DNA of 64,000 nt from Candidatus Eiseniibacteriota bacterium (GCA_965224245.1 OZ245046.1:2016001-2080000), one strand, 5' to 3'. Numbered from the stretch's first letter, positions 31,396 to 43,303 are shown. Program-made: numbers and translations. Notes: a model not told the origin generated them from the letters alone.

Positions 31396-32637
31396 TCAGG
31401 GAACGTACGCCTTGACGGCCAGCGTCGCGTTGTGACCTCCGAACCCCAGCGAGTTCGAGATCGCGACGCCGACGCGTTGCTCGCGAGCCTGGTTCGGCAC
31501 GTAGTCCAGATCGCACTCCGGATCGGGCTCGGTGTAGTTGATCGTGGGCGGGATGACGCCCGTACGAACCACCTGAGCCGCGACCAGGAACTCCAGGGCA
31601 CCCGCCGCCCCGAGAAGGTGGCCGGTCATCGATTTCGTGCTGCTGACCGCAAGCCGCCGCGCATGCTCACCGAACACGGTGTGGACGGCCAACGTCTCGA
31701 ACTTGTCATTGAGCGGCGTCGACGTCCCGTGCGCGTTCAGGTAGTCCACCCCGGCCGGCTCGAGGCCGGCGTCGTCGATTGCCGCCTTCATCGCGCGGGC
31801 GGCGCCATCGCCGCCCGGCGACGGTGCGGTGATGTGATACGCGTCCCCGGTGGCGCCGTAACCGGCGAACTCGGCGATGATCGTGGCGTCTCGCCCGAGC
31901 GCATGATCGAGGCTCTCGAGCACCACGAGCGCGGAGCCCTCCCCCAGGACGAACCCATCGCGCCCCTTGTCGAACGGGCGACTCGCCGCCTCCGGCGGAT
32001 CGTTGCTCTCCGACAGCGCCTTCGCCGAGCAGAAGCCCGCCACCGAGAGCGGCGTGACGCTGGCCTCGCTGCCGCCGGCGATCATGACGTCGGCGGAGCC
32101 GTACTGCACGGCGCGGAACGCCTCGCCGATCGCGTGTGCCCCCGACGTGCAGGCGGAGGTCGTGCAGTAGTTCGGTCCCTTCGCGTTGTGGCGAATGGAG
32201 ACCATGCCGGCCGCCATGTTCGTGATCATCATGGGGACGAAGAACGGACTGACCCGCCCCGGCCCCTTCGTGAGGAGGATCTCGTGCTGCGCCTCCCACG
32301 TCGTGACGCCACCGGTACCCGACCCGATGATCACGCCGAAGCGAGCAGGATCCACACCCCCGTCGGCCAGCCCGGCCTCGCCGAGGGCCTCGGCGGCCGC
32401 GGCGAGCGCGTACCACACGAATGGGTCGTTACGCTTGATCTCTTTTCGGTCTAGGTAGTTGGCCGGATCGAAATCGGTCAGCTCCCCCGCGATGCGGGTG
32501 GGCATCTGGGATGCATCGAACCGCGTGATGGGTCCGATGCCCGATCTCCCGTTGATCAGCGCGTCCCAGGTGGACGACACGCTCAGCCCGACCGGACTCA
32601 GCGCACCGAGCCCGGTCACGACGACTCGCCTCTTCAT
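31396..32637 (-). CDS. fabF: Beta-ketoacyl-ACP synthase II
   Basis: RRVVVTGLG, TSACTSG, NAHGTST, KSMTGHLLGAAG, SNSLGFGGHN. Confidence 0.97.
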   Translation of the reverse strand: MKRRVVVTGLGALSPVGLSVSSTWDALINGRSGIGPITRFDASQMPTRIAGELTDFDPANYLDRKEIKRNDPFVWYALAAAAEALGEAGLADGGVDPARFGVIIGSGTGGVTTWEAQHEILLTKGPGRVSPFFVPMMITNMAAGMVSIRHNAKGPNYCTTSACTSGAHAIGEAFRAVQYGSADVMIAGGSEASVTPLSVAGFCSAKALSESNDPPEAASRPFDKGRDGFVLGEGSALVVLESLDHALGRDATIIAEFAGYGATGDAYHITAPSPGGDGAARAMKAAIDDAGLEPAGVDYLNAHGTSTPLNDKFETLAVHTVFGEHARRLAVSSTKSMTGHLLGAAGALEFLVAAQVVRTGVIPPTINYTEPDPECDLDYVPNQAREQRVGVAISNSLGFGGHNATLAVKAYVP

Positions 32638-32712
32638 GACAGCTCGATCGCCTCCGTCAGGCAGGCCGCGTCCGCGCCAGCGACGTTGCTGACGCGGCCG
32701 TCGCGGCGCGGT

Positions 32713-32955
32713 TTACGCCGGCAAGTGCTCCTTGAGGTAGTTGATCGCATCCCCGACGGTCCGGAGCTTCTCGGCGTCCTCGTCGGGAATCTCGATCTTG
32801 TACTCTTCCTCGAGAGCCATGATCAGCTCGACCGTATCCAGCGAGTCCGCGCCGAGGTCTTCGATGAAGGCCGCCTCCGGCTTCACCTGGTCCTGATCGA
32901 CGCCGAGCTGCTCGGCGATGATCTCCTTGACGCGACCGTCGTTGATGTCTGCCAT
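32713..32955 (-). CDS. acpP: Acyl carrier protein
   Basis: [14 protein letters not shown]. Confidence 0.97.
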   Translation of the reverse strand: MADINDGRVKEIIAEQLGVDQDQVKPEAAFIEDLGADSLDTVELIMALEEEYKIEIPDEDAEKLRTVGDAINYLKEHLPA

Positions 32956-33064
32956 TGGACTCGTCGTCCTCCTCTCGAGAGTTGAGCCGCGGCGAGTCCG
33001 CGTCTCGTTTGGACCTCAACCCGACCCGCCGGGCGCGGTTCCGCGCGCGGCCGGTCGACCGGGG

Positions 33065-33814
33065 TCAGAAACTCATGCACCCGTCGACGGCGAGCACCTG
33101 CCCCGTGACGTAGGACGCCTCGGGAGAAACCAGGAAGTGTACCGCGGCGGCCACGTCGTCGACACGCCCCAAACGCCCCACCGGAATCTGGCTCAGCAGG
33201 CGCTCGCGCACGCGCTCGTCGAGCGCGTCGGTCATGGGCGTCTCGATGAAGCCCGGCGCAACTGCATTCGCCGTAATCCCCCGCGGCCCAAGCTCTTTCG
33301 CCACGGACTTCGTAAAGCCGATGAGACCTGCCTTCGAGGCCGCGTAGTTGGCCTGCCCGGCGTTGCCGTGGAGACCGACCACCGATGTGATGTTGACGAT
33401 GCGCCCCCAGCGGGCCTTGACCATCTGGCTCGAGATGGCCTTCGTGAAGGTATATACCGACTTGAGATTGGTGTCGAGCACCGCGTCCCAATCGTCCTCC
33501 TTCATCCGCATCAGGAGCCCGTCGCGGGTGATGCCCGCGTTGTTCACGAGGATCCCGGCTCCGCCGAAGTCGGACTTGACGCGGTCGGCCAGGGCGGCGA
33601 CCTCCTCGGCGCTCGACACGTCGCAGGCCGCGAACACGACGTCGGCGCTGGCCACCTCGCGGACCGACCGCTCGACCGCGGCGCCGCGCTCCGCGTTGCG
33701 CCCCACGAGCACGCACGCGGCACCCGCCTCCGCCAGCCGGCGGGCGATCCCGACCCCGATTCCGCTGGTCGCGCCGGTGACGATCGCGACGCGCTCGGAC
33801 AACGACCCGTACAT
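33065..33814 (-). CDS. fabG: 3-oxoacyl-ACP reductase
   Basis: TGATSGIG, NNAGITRD, GQANYAASK. Confidence 0.96.
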   Translation of the reverse strand: MYGSLSERVAIVTGATSGIGVGIARRLAEAGAACVLVGRNAERGAAVERSVREVASADVVFAACDVSSAEEVAALADRVKSDFGGAGILVNNAGITRDGLLMRMKEDDWDAVLDTNLKSVYTFTKAISSQMVKARWGRIVNITSVVGLHGNAGQANYAASKAGLIGFTKSVAKELGPRGITANAVAPGFIETPMTDALDERVRERLLSQIPVGRLGRVDDVAAAVHFLVSPEASYVTGQVLAVDGCMSF

Positions 33815-33847
33815 GAGACCCCTCTCCCGCGGTGCGCCCGTCGGACG

Positions 33848-34857
33848 CTAGGCTCCGAGCCCGTCGGCCTGAGCGCCGGACACGCCGCCGATGGGGCGTG
33901 TCCCGCCCGGATCGCCCGGCGACCCCGGGGCCCTCGACGTGAGAGCCGTGATCGCGTCGGGATCCCCGACGGCGACCGATTCGAGGCTCGGATCGATCTT
34001 CTTCAGCGTACCGTGCAGCACGGCGCCCGGTCCCGTCTCGACGAATGGACCGTATCCGTCGTCGCGCAGGCGCTCGATGGACTCGACCCAGCGGACGCGC
34101 GCGGTGAGCTGCGCGATCAGCGCGTTGCGTACGTCGTCCGCGGCCACGAGCGGGGTGGCCGAGACGTTCGCGACGATGGGAATCGAGGCGTCCACGATGC
34201 TCGTGGACTCGAGCGCACGACGCAGCCCATCGGCTGCGGGCGCCATCAACGGGGAGTGGAACGCGCCAGACACCGGCAAGAGGATCGCACGGCGTGCGCC
34301 GGCCGTCTGCAGCGCGGGCACCGCGGCCTCCACCGCGGCGGCGTCTCCGGAGATCACGATCTGGGTCGGGGTGTTGACGTTGGCGGCGACGACGGTTCCG
34401 TCGATCCCCGAGATCGCGGCGTCGACCTCGGCCTCGGTCAGGCCGAGGACGGCCGCCATCTTTCCCGGCCGCGACAGGCCGGCCTCGTACATCAGCTCAC
34501 CGCGCAGCCGCGTGAGCCGGAGGCCGTCCACGTACGAGATCGCGCCCGCGAGCACGCAGGCGGCGTACTCGCCGAGGCTGTGACCCGCGGTCGCCGCCGG
34601 CGTGACCCCGTGCTGAACGAGCAGCGTCCCCACCACGACGTCCACCACGAAGAGCGCCGGCTGCGTGTTGAGCGTCTTGGTGAGCGCGTCCTCGGGCCCC
34701 TCGAACAGGATCGTGCGCAGGTCGAACCCGAGGACGTCGTTCGCCTGGTCGACCAGCTCGCGTGCCGCCGGATACGTGTCGTAGAGCGCCTTGCCCATGC
34801 CCACGCGCTGTGATCCCTGTCCGGGACACAGAAAGACCCATCGTGCGTTCATCGTGC

Positions 34858-34861
<4 letters not shown>
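33848..34861 (-). CDS. fabD: Malonyl-CoA:ACP transacylase
   Basis: PGQGSQ, GHSLGEY, VSGAFHS. Start is GTG 34861 (overlapping the fabH stop) or ATG 34852. Confidence 0.95.
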
Positions 34862-35848
<987 letters not shown>

Positions 35849-35856
<8 letters not shown>

Positions 35857-36877
35857 GGGCCTGCCCCTTTTGCAGCATTTCGACGACCTTGTGATGCAGG
35901 TCGACCTCCACGAACTCAGCCGCCACGCGAATGGCGTTGCGAACGGCCCGGGCCGGAGAGCTTCCGTGACAGATGATGCATCCGCCCTTCACGCCGAGCA
36001 GCGGCGCCCCGCCGTACTCGGCGTAGTCGAAGCGCGAGAGCGTGCGTTTGAACGCCGGACGCGCCAGTCCTGCGCCGACTCGAGCGACGACGTTGCGCTG
36101 GAGCTCGGCCTTGAAGAAGTGCGCCAGCGTCTCCACGAAGCTCTCGGCGAACTTCAGGACCACGTTGCCCACGAAGCCGTCACAGACGACCACGTCGGCG
36201 GTCCCCCGCATCACGTCACGCCCCTCGACGTTGCCCACGAAATTCACCGGGATCGTCTCTAGCACATCGTAGGCGGCCTTGGCCAGACAATCGCCCTTGC
36301 CGCGCTCCTCGCCGATGTTCAGAAGCCCCACCCGGGGTGAGTCGATCCCGAGCGTGATCTCGGCGTACAGCGACCCCAGGACCGCGTACTGGCCGAGATA
36401 CTCGGGCTTGGCGTCGGGGGTCGCTCCGACGTCCAGGACCACGCAGTTCCCGGACTGGGTGGGCACCACCGACGCGATCGCCGGGCGCTTGATCCCGGGG
36501 ATTCGCCCCAGTCCCTGGAGGGCCGTGGAGACGACCGCCCCCGTGTTGCCGGCGCTGACCAGGGCGTCGGCCTCCCCCGCCTTCATCATGGCCGCGGCCA
36601 CCGCCAGCGACGAGTCGCGCTTGCGCCGGACCGCGGACGCCGCCTTCTCGTCCATGCCGACGACCTCGGCCGCGTGGCGTACACGCAGCGCGTCGGACGG
36701 AGCCCCCAGTCGATCGAGCTCGGCCGCGATCGCCTGCTCGTCGCCGACCAGCACCACGTCGAAGACGTCGGAGTGCATCCGGCAGGCGTCGAGCGCCCCC
36801 TCGACGATGCGCGCGGGCGCGAAGTCGCCTCCCATGGCGTCGACACAGACCATCGTTCTTCTGCCGGGTGACGACAT
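35849..36877 (-). CDS. plsX: Phosphate acyltransferase PlsX
   Basis: DAMGGDFAP, SAGNTGA, LLNIGEE..KG, CDGFVGN, GGAPLLG. Confidence 0.96.
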
Positions 36878-36922
36878 CGATACTCCGTGTGAATCGACCG
36901 GGCGCAGGGTGCGACGGTTGGC

Positions 36923-37114
36923 CTAGGAGCCGCCTTCCATGTCGACCTCGACGACGCGCATGCGGCCGTAGTGCCCGCACGACGGACAGACGCGGTGCGG
37001 GAGCTTCCTGGCTCCGCACTGCGAGCAGGTCGCCATCGACGGCGCCGCGAGCTTCCAATGGGTTCGCCGCTTGTCGCGTCGCGTGCGCGAGTGGCGTCGT
37101 TTCGGCAGGGCCAT
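36923..37114 (-). CDS. rpmF: 50S ribosomal protein L32
   Basis: [29 protein letters not shown]. Confidence 0.97.
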   Translation of the reverse strand: MALPKRRHSRTRRDKRRTHWKLAAPSMATCSQCGARKLPHRVCPSCGHYGRMRVVEVDMEGGS

Positions 37115-37131
37115 CGCCTACCTCCTCCGGT

Positions 37132-37734
37132 TCAGGTGTCCACCCCGGGCTTCCGGGGGGTGTCGTCGACGTCTACGGGCTCGGGCGTCCGATCGGATCG
37201 GTCGTCCTCTCCCAGGAGCGCCGTGAGCGTGCTCCAGCGCGGGTCACTCGACTCACGGCGGCACGAGCAGGAGCTCTCGTTCAGATTTGTACCACACTCG
37301 GGGCAGAGCCCCGCACAGTCCGGTCTACACGAGACGGCCATCGGCACGGTCAACAGGACGTGCTGGCGAACGAGATCGCCGAGCTCGATCCTCCCGCCCT
37401 CGTATACGAGGACGTCGTCGTCGTCGGAGCCGTCCGCCATCTCGTCGTGCGCTTCGACGGCCAGGCAGACGAACGACGTGTCGAACGCCTCGCGTACGTC
37501 TTCGGCGCAGCGGCCGCACGCGTGCGTGGCCGCCCCGTGGATCCGACCCTGGATCTGGACCTGGTGGTCGGTGCGGTAGAGACGCAGCTCCACCGTCACC
37601 GGCCCCGAGAGACGCAGATCCTCGGAATCGATACCCAGCTCGGCGCCGGTCAGGCTCCACTCGACGTGACTCTCGCCGTCGTCGAGCCGGCGAAGATCCA
37701 GTGCCGCGGGGCTCGGGCGCGCGTCGTCGTTCAC
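37132..37734 (-). CDS. yceD: YceD / DUF177 protein
   Basis: CGRC, CRPDCAGLCPECGTNLN, DPRW; upstream of rpmF. Confidence 0.92.
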   Translation of the reverse strand: MNDDARPSPAALDLRRLDDGESHVEWSLTGAELGIDSEDLRLSGPVTVELRLYRTDHQVQIQGRIHGAATHACGRCAEDVREAFDTSFVCLAVEAHDEMADGSDDDDVLVYEGGRIELGDLVRQHVLLTVPMAVSCRPDCAGLCPECGTNLNESSCSCRRESSDPRWSTLTALLGEDDRSDRTPEPVDVDDTPRKPGVDT

Positions 37735-37737
37735 AGG

Positions 37738-38154
37738 TCAGTCGAGCGTCAGGCCGAGCCCGAAGAACTCGATCTCGATCTTCGCGTTCTCGTGCGAGTC
37801 CGAGCCGTGCACGGCGTTCTCTCCGACCGACTGCGCATACAGCGCGCGAATGGTGCCGGGCGCCGCGTCCGCCGGATTGGTCGCCCCCATCGTGTCGCGC
37901 CAGCGCTTCACGGCATTCTGCCCCGTGAGCACGGCGGCCACGATGGGCGAGCGAGACATGAACGTCGTCAGCTCCTCGTAGAAGGGCCGTCCGGCGTGCA
38001 CCTCGTAGAAGCGCTCGGCCTGCGTCTTGGTCAGATGAACCATGCGAAGCGCCGCGATCGACAGTCCGGCTTCCTCGGCGTGGGCCAGGATCTTGCCCAC
38101 GAGGTTGCGCTCGACCGCGTCGGGCTTGATCATCATCAGCGTCTCTTCAGCCAT
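37738..38154 (-). CDS. ndk: Nucleoside diphosphate kinase
   Basis: IKPDAV, GATNP..APGTIR, NAVHGSDS. Confidence 0.97.
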   Translation of the reverse strand: MAEETLMMIKPDAVERNLVGKILAHAEEAGLSIAALRMVHLTKTQAERFYEVHAGRPFYEELTTFMSRSPIVAAVLTGQNAVKRWRDTMGATNPADAAPGTIRALYAQSVGENAVHGSDSHENAKIEIEFFGLGLTLD

Positions 38155-38205
38155 CGATTCTCGACCTCGTCGTCCTTCGAGTGGTCGTCGTCTGCCCGGG
38201 CCGCG

Positions 38206-39081
38206 TCACGCGACGCCGAGCGTTTCGGCGATCGCCGGCCCCACCATCGAGGGAATGGCCACGACGCGAACGCCGGCCCCCTCGAGCGCGCGAACCTTGT
38301 CCTCCGCTCGGCCGCTGCCGCCGGAGATGATCGCGCCGGCGTGGCCCATGCGCTTCCCGGGCGGGGCCGTCTGACCCGCGATGAACGAGACCACCGGCTT
38401 GGTCACGTTCGACGCGATGAACTCGGCCGCGAGTTCCTCGTCCGAGCCGCCGATCTCGCCGATCATCGCGATGGCATGGGTATCCGCGTCGTTCTGGAAG
38501 AGCTCCAGCACGTCCACGAAGCGCGTGCCGATCACGGGATCACCGCCGATGCCGATGCAGGTGGACTGGCCGACCCCCTCGGCGGTGAGCGAGGCGATGA
38601 CCTCGTAGGTGAGCGTACCGCTGCGCGATACGACCCCCACGTGGCCGGGCGCGCAGATCCGTCCGGGCAGAATCCCCACCTTGGACTGGCCGGGCGAGAT
38701 CAGGCCGGGGCAGTTCGGGCCCACCAGGCGCGCCCCGTACGACCCGATCGCGGCCATGATCGGCACCATGTCGAGCACGGGCAGGCCCTCGGTGATGCAG
38801 ACGACGAGCCGGATGCCCGAATCGAGGGCCTCCCAGATGGCGTCGGCAGCGAAGGCCGGCGGTACGTAGATCACCGACGTGTTCGCGCCGGTCTCGGCCA
38901 CGGACTGCTTGACGGTGTCGAACACGGGGATGCCGTCGACGGACTGTCCGCCCTTGCCGGGCGTGACGCCGGCGACCACGGCGGTGCCGTAGTCCTTCAT
39001 CGACCGGGCGTGGAAGGACCCGTCGCGGCCGGTTATTCCCTGCACGACGAGCTTGGTCGTGCGGTCGATTAGAACGCTCAT
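38206..39081 (-). CDS. sucD: Succinyl-CoA ligase alpha subunit
   Basis: [27 protein letters not shown]. Confidence 0.97.
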   Translation of the reverse strand: MSVLIDRTTKLVVQGITGRDGSFHARSMKDYGTAVVAGVTPGKGGQSVDGIPVFDTVKQSVAETGANTSVIYVPPAFAADAIWEALDSGIRLVVCITEGLPVLDMVPIMAAIGSYGARLVGPNCPGLISPGQSKVGILPGRICAPGHVGVVSRSGTLTYEVIASLTAEGVGQSTCIGIGGDPVIGTRFVDVLELFQNDADTHAIAMIGEIGGSDEELAAEFIASNVTKPVVSFIAGQTAPPGKRMGHAGAIISGGSGRAEDKVRALEGAGVRVVAIPSMVGPAIAETLGVA

Positions 39082-39091
39082 GACTCGCTCC

Positions 39092-40225
39092 TCAGGACGC
39101 CAGCGCGACGGCGCGCTGCACCGCCTCGTCCATCGTCGTCGCCGTGGCCACATCCGGCAGCGCCTCGGACAGGATGCGGCGCCCCTCTTCCTCGTTCGTG
39201 CCGGTCAGGCGGATCACCATCGGCTGGGACGCGGGACGCTCCGCGAGCGCCTCCACGAGCCCGCGGGCCACGTCGTCGCACCGGGTGATCCCACCGAAGA
39301 TGTTGATGAGGATCGACTTGACGTTCGAGTCGCGCCCCAGGATCTCCATCGCCGCGGTCACCTTCTCGGGACGCGACGAGCCGCCGATGTCCAGGAAGTT
39401 CGCGGGCGTGCCCCCGAAGTGCTGGATCACGTCCATGGTGGCCATCGCCAGACCCGCGCCGTTCACCAGACACCCGATCGCGCCGTCGAGCCCGATGTAG
39501 GAGAGATCGTTGCGCCGCGCGAAGTCCTCCTCGTGTCCCTCCTCGTCGACGTCGCGGTACGCCTCGATCTGCGGCTGACGAAAAAGCGCGTTGTCGTCGC
39601 ACGTGAACTTCGCGTCCAGCGCCAGGACGTCCCCGCCGGCGGTGACGGCGAGCGGATTGATCTCGACCAGCGACGCGTCTCGCTCGGTCGACATGCGCAC
39701 GAGGCGTTCGAGCACACCGGCGATCCGGAGCGCCGTCTTGCCGTGCGACTCCACCTCGAACGCGATCTCCCGGGCCACGTACGGGGCGATCGCGAGATCG
39801 GGCAGGGCGCGCTTGATGATCCGCTCGGGCCGGGTGCGCGCCACCTCCTCGATGTCCATGCCGCCCTCAGCGCTGACCATGAGCACCGGACAGGCGCGTG
39901 TCCGATCGAAGACGATGCCCGCGTAGAACTCGCGCGCGATGTCCACGGCGGGGACGATCAGGAGCTTGCGGACCACGTGGCCCTTGATGTCGAGACCGAG
40001 GATCGCCTCGGCGTGCGCGCGGACGTCGGCAGCGGTCTCGGCGACCTTGACGCCACCCGCCTTCCCCCGGCCGCCGGAGTGAACCTGCGCCTTCACGACG
40101 ACCGGGTAGCCGAACTCGTCGGCGGCGGTGACGGCATCGTCCACCGAGGTGACCATGTGCTGCCCTTGCACCGGGATTCCCGCGGCCGCGAACAGCTCTT
40201 TCGCTTGAAACTCGTGCACGTTCAT
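39092..40225 (-). CDS. sucC: Succinyl-CoA ligase beta subunit
   Basis: [39 protein letters not shown]. Confidence 0.97.
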   Translation of the reverse strand: MNVHEFQAKELFAAAGIPVQGQHMVTSVDDAVTAADEFGYPVVVKAQVHSGGRGKAGGVKVAETAADVRAHAEAILGLDIKGHVVRKLLIVPAVDIAREFYAGIVFDRTRACPVLMVSAEGGMDIEEVARTRPERIIKRALPDLAIAPYVAREIAFEVESHGKTALRIAGVLERLVRMSTERDASLVEINPLAVTAGGDVLALDAKFTCDDNALFRQPQIEAYRDVDEEGHEEDFARRNDLSYIGLDGAIGCLVNGAGLAMATMDVIQHFGGTPANFLDIGGSSRPEKVTAAMEILGRDSNVKSILINIFGGITRCDDVARGLVEALAERPASQPMVIRLTGTNEEEGRRILSEALPDVATATTMDEAVQRAVALAS

Positions 40226-40440
40226 CGCTGGTCGTGCGCTCCCCTGGCTCTGCGCTCACGCCGAGGCGTGAGCGGCGCGCCGATCGGAACCCGCTCTCGG
40301 GTCCGCAAACAAAAAAAGCGGCCCTCGAGCCGACGTATCGGCAGCGGGCCCGATGCACGGGTCGATCGACGGCCCCGGCCGACCCGAGCTCCGTCCGACC
40401 GCAACGGGCGGAAAGTCCCCATAAGAAACTGCGGCGGCGA

Positions 40441-40469
40441 AGGTTATCAGCGCGATCGGGAGGTGTCAA
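40441..40469 (-). promoter_or_regulatory. Sigma70 promoter upstream of sucC
   Basis: TTGACA-N17-TAACCT, overlapping the end of rfaE2. Confidence 0.6.
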
Positions 40470-40992
40470 GGCCTTCCCCACCGCCCGACAGCCGATCCAC
40501 GACGGCCGTGGTGGATCGACCGGGCACCACCGGCACCCGGACCACGCTCCCCCCCCAGCCCTCGACCAGGTCCGCTCCCACGATCTGCCCCTGGGCCCAG
40601 TCGGCGCCCTTGACGAGCACGTCCGGACGGAGCGCCTCGATCAGCTCCAGCGGCGTGTCCTCGTCGAACACGACGACCAGATCGACCGGACGGAGCGCGG
40701 CCAGGACGAGACCGCGGTCCTCGGCCGGGTTCACGGGCCGGCCCGAGCCCTTGAGGCGCCGGACCGAGGCGTCGCCGTTGAGCCCGACCACGAGCCGATC
40801 CCCCAGGGCACGGGCTTCGGTCAACAGGGCCACGTGCCCGACGTGGAGGATGTCGAAGCACCCGTTCGTGAACACGACCCGCCGGCCCTCCTCTCGCCAC
40901 CGCGCGCACCGGGCCGCGCCGTCCTCGCGCGAGCCGGCGACTCGCCCCGCGCCGGCCGGGCGCCCCCCGGCCCTGGGCGCGTCCCCGGTCAC
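40447..40992 (-). CDS. rfaE2: Heptose 1-phosphate adenylyltransferase (RfaE domain II)
   Basis: [33 protein letters not shown]. Confidence 0.93.
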   Translation of the reverse strand: MTGDAPRAGGRPAGAGRVAGSREDGAARCARWREEGRRVVFTNGCFDILHVGHVALLTEARALGDRLVVGLNGDASVRRLKGSGRPVNPAEDRGLVLAALRPVDLVVVFDEDTPLELIEALRPDVLVKGADWAQGQIVGADLVEGWGGSVVRVPVVPGRSTTAVVDRLSGGGEGLDTSRSR

Positions 40993-41972
40993 GGGCGCTC
41001 CCCGAACGACGCCACCAGGGTCTCGGGCGCCACGCGCACGGTGCCGACGTCGCGGATCACCAGGCTGGCGGCGTGGTTGGCGATCTCGGTGGCCTCCTCG
41101 AGGCTCCCTCCGGCCGCGTGCGCCAGGCAGAAGACGCTCACGACGGTGTCCCCGGCGCCGGTGACGTCGTAGACCTCGGTGGCGACCGTGGGCACGTGAA
41201 GCGTGGATCCGGGCCGGAACAGTGACATGCCGTGCTCACCGCGGGTGATCAGGACCGATTCGGCCGAGAGCCGCGCCAGGAGCTCGGCGCCGGCCTGCGC
41301 CACGTCCTCGTCCGTCTTCAGGCGGCGGCCGACGGCGGCGCCGGCCTCGGCCAGGTTCGGCGTGATGACGGTGACGCCCACGTAGCGATCCACGTGATCC
41401 TCCTTCGGGTCGACGCAGACCGGGATCCCGCGGTGCCGGGCCCGCTCGAGCACGGCTTCGATCAGCGCCCGGGACACCACGCCCTTGCCGTAGTCGGAGA
41501 TGATGACCGCATCGCTGGCCTCGGTGGCCATGGCCGCGCGCGCGCGAAGCTCGGCGGCGAGATCGTCGGCCAGCGGCGAGTCGTCCTCGACGTCGAGGCG
41601 GATCATCTGCTGATTCTGGGAGATCACGCGGGTCTTGCGGGTGGTCGGTCGTGATCGGTCGGTGACGATCGCCTCGACGTCGGCGCCGGTGCTGATCAGC
41701 AGCTCGCGCAGTGCCCGGCCCTCGATGTCGTCTCCGACCAGCCCCACCGGCACCGCCACCGCACCGAGCCCCAGCACGTTGGCCGCGACGTTGGCCGAGC
41801 CGCCCAGCCGCTCGGTCGTGCGCGTGGCCTCCACGATCGGAACCGGGGCCTCGGCCGAGATGCGTCTGACGTTGCCCCAGACGTACCGGTCCAGCATGAG
41901 GTCGCCGACGATGGCCACATGCTTGCCGCGCACGCCGGCCAGGATCTCGGTCACGCGAGCGGCTTTGATCAT
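40989..41972 (-). CDS. rfaE1: Heptose 7-phosphate kinase (RfaE domain I)
   Basis: [41 protein letters not shown] precedes ATG 41972. Confidence 0.93.
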   Translation of the reverse strand: MIKAARVTEILAGVRGKHVAIVGDLMLDRYVWGNVRRISAEAPVPIVEATRTTERLGGSANVAANVLGLGAVAVPVGLVGDDIEGRALRELLISTGADVEAIVTDRSRPTTRKTRVISQNQQMIRLDVEDDSPLADDLAAELRARAAMATEASDAVIISDYGKGVVSRALIEAVLERARHRGIPVCVDPKEDHVDRYVGVTVITPNLAEAGAAVGRRLKTDEDVAQAGAELLARLSAESVLITRGEHGMSLFRPGSTLHVPTVATEVYDVTGAGDTVVSVFCLAHAAGGSLEEATEIANHAASLVIRDVGTVRVAPETLVASFGERP

Positions 41973-42082
41973 CTCTCCTCCCCTATGTCGTCGGGACGCC
42001 GCGGCTCGGCCGCCCCGTCCAGGGCCGCCGACCGGAGAGAATAGCGCCTGGCGAGCCCCCGGAAAAAGTCTGTGCATTCGAC

Positions 42083-42111
42083 TTGACGCATGTTGATCCT
42101 GACGCTAGATT
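42083..42111 (+). promoter_or_regulatory. Orphan sigma70 promoter
   Basis: TTGACG-N17-TAGATT in a locally AT-richer patch, with no credible downstream + strand CDS. Confidence 0.65.
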
Positions 42112-42117
42112 TCATGA

Positions 42118-42232
42118 CGTCATAGAAGGTTCAGTTTAGCCCTGTCCTTCGCGTCATCCGGCTGTTGCCGCTAGCTGAAGTGCCTGGAAGCCTCCGGGGT
42201 GGAGTTGGAAGGACGTTTGGATGGGGCTTTTT
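42118..42232 (+). ncRNA. Candidate structured small RNA (unknown family)
   Basis: Nested stems with G-U pairs, closed by 42138-42147/42219-42228 and followed by a T run; lies downstream of a consensus promoter. Confidence 0.45.
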
Positions 42233-42384
42233 CGTGGCCGTCACTCGGGGGCCTCCGTGAGTCGCCGGACGTGCCGTCACGCACCGTGGATTGCGGCCCG
42301 CCCCCGCCCGCGATCCGCACGTCACCGCGCGATTCGACATCGTCGTGAGCCGGAAGTCACCTCGCCGTTCTCCGGCCCCCCTGC

Positions 42385-43140
42385 TCATGTCATCAGTCCG
42401 TCCCGCTCGAGGCTCCGGAATCCCGATCGCGACACGATCACGTGATCGAGCACGCGCACACCCAGGAGCTCGCCCGCGCGAACCAGCCGCCGCGTGATCG
42501 CGACGTCGTCCCGGCTCGGCGTGGGATCGCCGGACGGGTGATTGTGCGCGACGATGATCGCGCTCGCCGAGACCGCGACGGCCCGGCGAAACACCTCGCG
42601 CGGATGCACGATCGAGGCGTCCACCGATCCGATGGAGATCGTCTCGCGTCTGAGATAGCGGTGGCGTGCGTCCAGCAGGATCGCGACCACGTGCTCACGG
42701 GGCTCGTTCACGAGATCGCGAACGTGCGCGAACACGAGCTCGGGCGTCGTGAAGCTGGCCCGGGCCTCGACGTCCACGCGGAGTCGCCGCGCCAGCTCGC
42801 ACGCGGCGCGCAGCCGGTGTGCGGCCCGCGGATCCGGGGCGGCGCCGAAGTCCACCGTCAGGGGGTCCTCACCCCACGCCGCGAGCCCGCGACCACGGCC
42901 GACCAGACGGCACGCGGCGTCCAGCGCGGGTGGAGACAGCGCCGGATCGACGATCGACGCGACGAGCTCGACGTCGGAGAGATCACCGACCGGCGCACCG
43001 GATGGCTCGGCCGGTGCATCGAACCCGGCGTCGGACCCGACGGGCTCGGGGGGCGTCGCGTCGCATCCGGCGGATGCGTCGAGACGGGTAACGGGCGCGT
43101 CGTGGTCGAGGCTCGGGGTGGGCACTCGGGAGTGCGTCAC
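42385..43140 (-). CDS. radC: RadC / JAB-domain protein
   Basis: ISIGSVDASIVHPREVF, AHNHPSGDPTPSRDD, LDHVIV. Confidence 0.9.
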   Translation of the reverse strand: MTHSRVPTPSLDHDAPVTRLDASAGCDATPPEPVGSDAGFDAPAEPSGAPVGDLSDVELVASIVDPALSPPALDAACRLVGRGRGLAAWGEDPLTVDFGAAPDPRAAHRLRAACELARRLRVDVEARASFTTPELVFAHVRDLVNEPREHVVAILLDARHRYLRRETISIGSVDASIVHPREVFRRAVAVSASAIIVAHNHPSGDPTPSRDDVAITRRLVRAGELLGVRVLDHVIVSRSGFRSLERDGLMT

Positions 43141-43210
43141 GTGCGGCTCCTCGGCTGCCGCGCCGGCGACCGTGAAGGTCCAGGGTACCGGCGCGCGTCG
43201 ACCGGGGCCA

Positions 43211-43243
43211 CGAACGCTACCAGCGTTCGAAAAGCACCGTCAA
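43211..43243 (-). promoter_or_regulatory. radC promoter with an overlapping inverted repeat
   Basis: TTGACG (43243-43238)-N18-TAGCGT. Inverted repeat CGAACGCT-ACC-AGCGTTCG at 43211-43229. Confidence 0.5.
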
Positions 43244-43303
43244 GCCGGCGGTACACGACGCGTCGCGGCGCGGGCACCGGCCGGCCGTCTCGGGCCACGC
43301 GGT

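Noticed and set aside
40253-40274. REP-like family shared with the hairpin at 19091-19113 (CTCACGC..GCGTGAG core)
   Set aside because: Only two short copies with different flanks, which could arise by chance at this GC content.
42138-42228. SRP (4.5S) RNA identity for the structured RNA, given the nearby ftsY
   Set aside because: Lacks the domain IV CAGG..GNRA..AGCA motif.
42385-43140. radC as a marker of a mobile element
   Set aside because: No integrase, transposase, att-like repeat or compositional shift nearby; the context is housekeeping.
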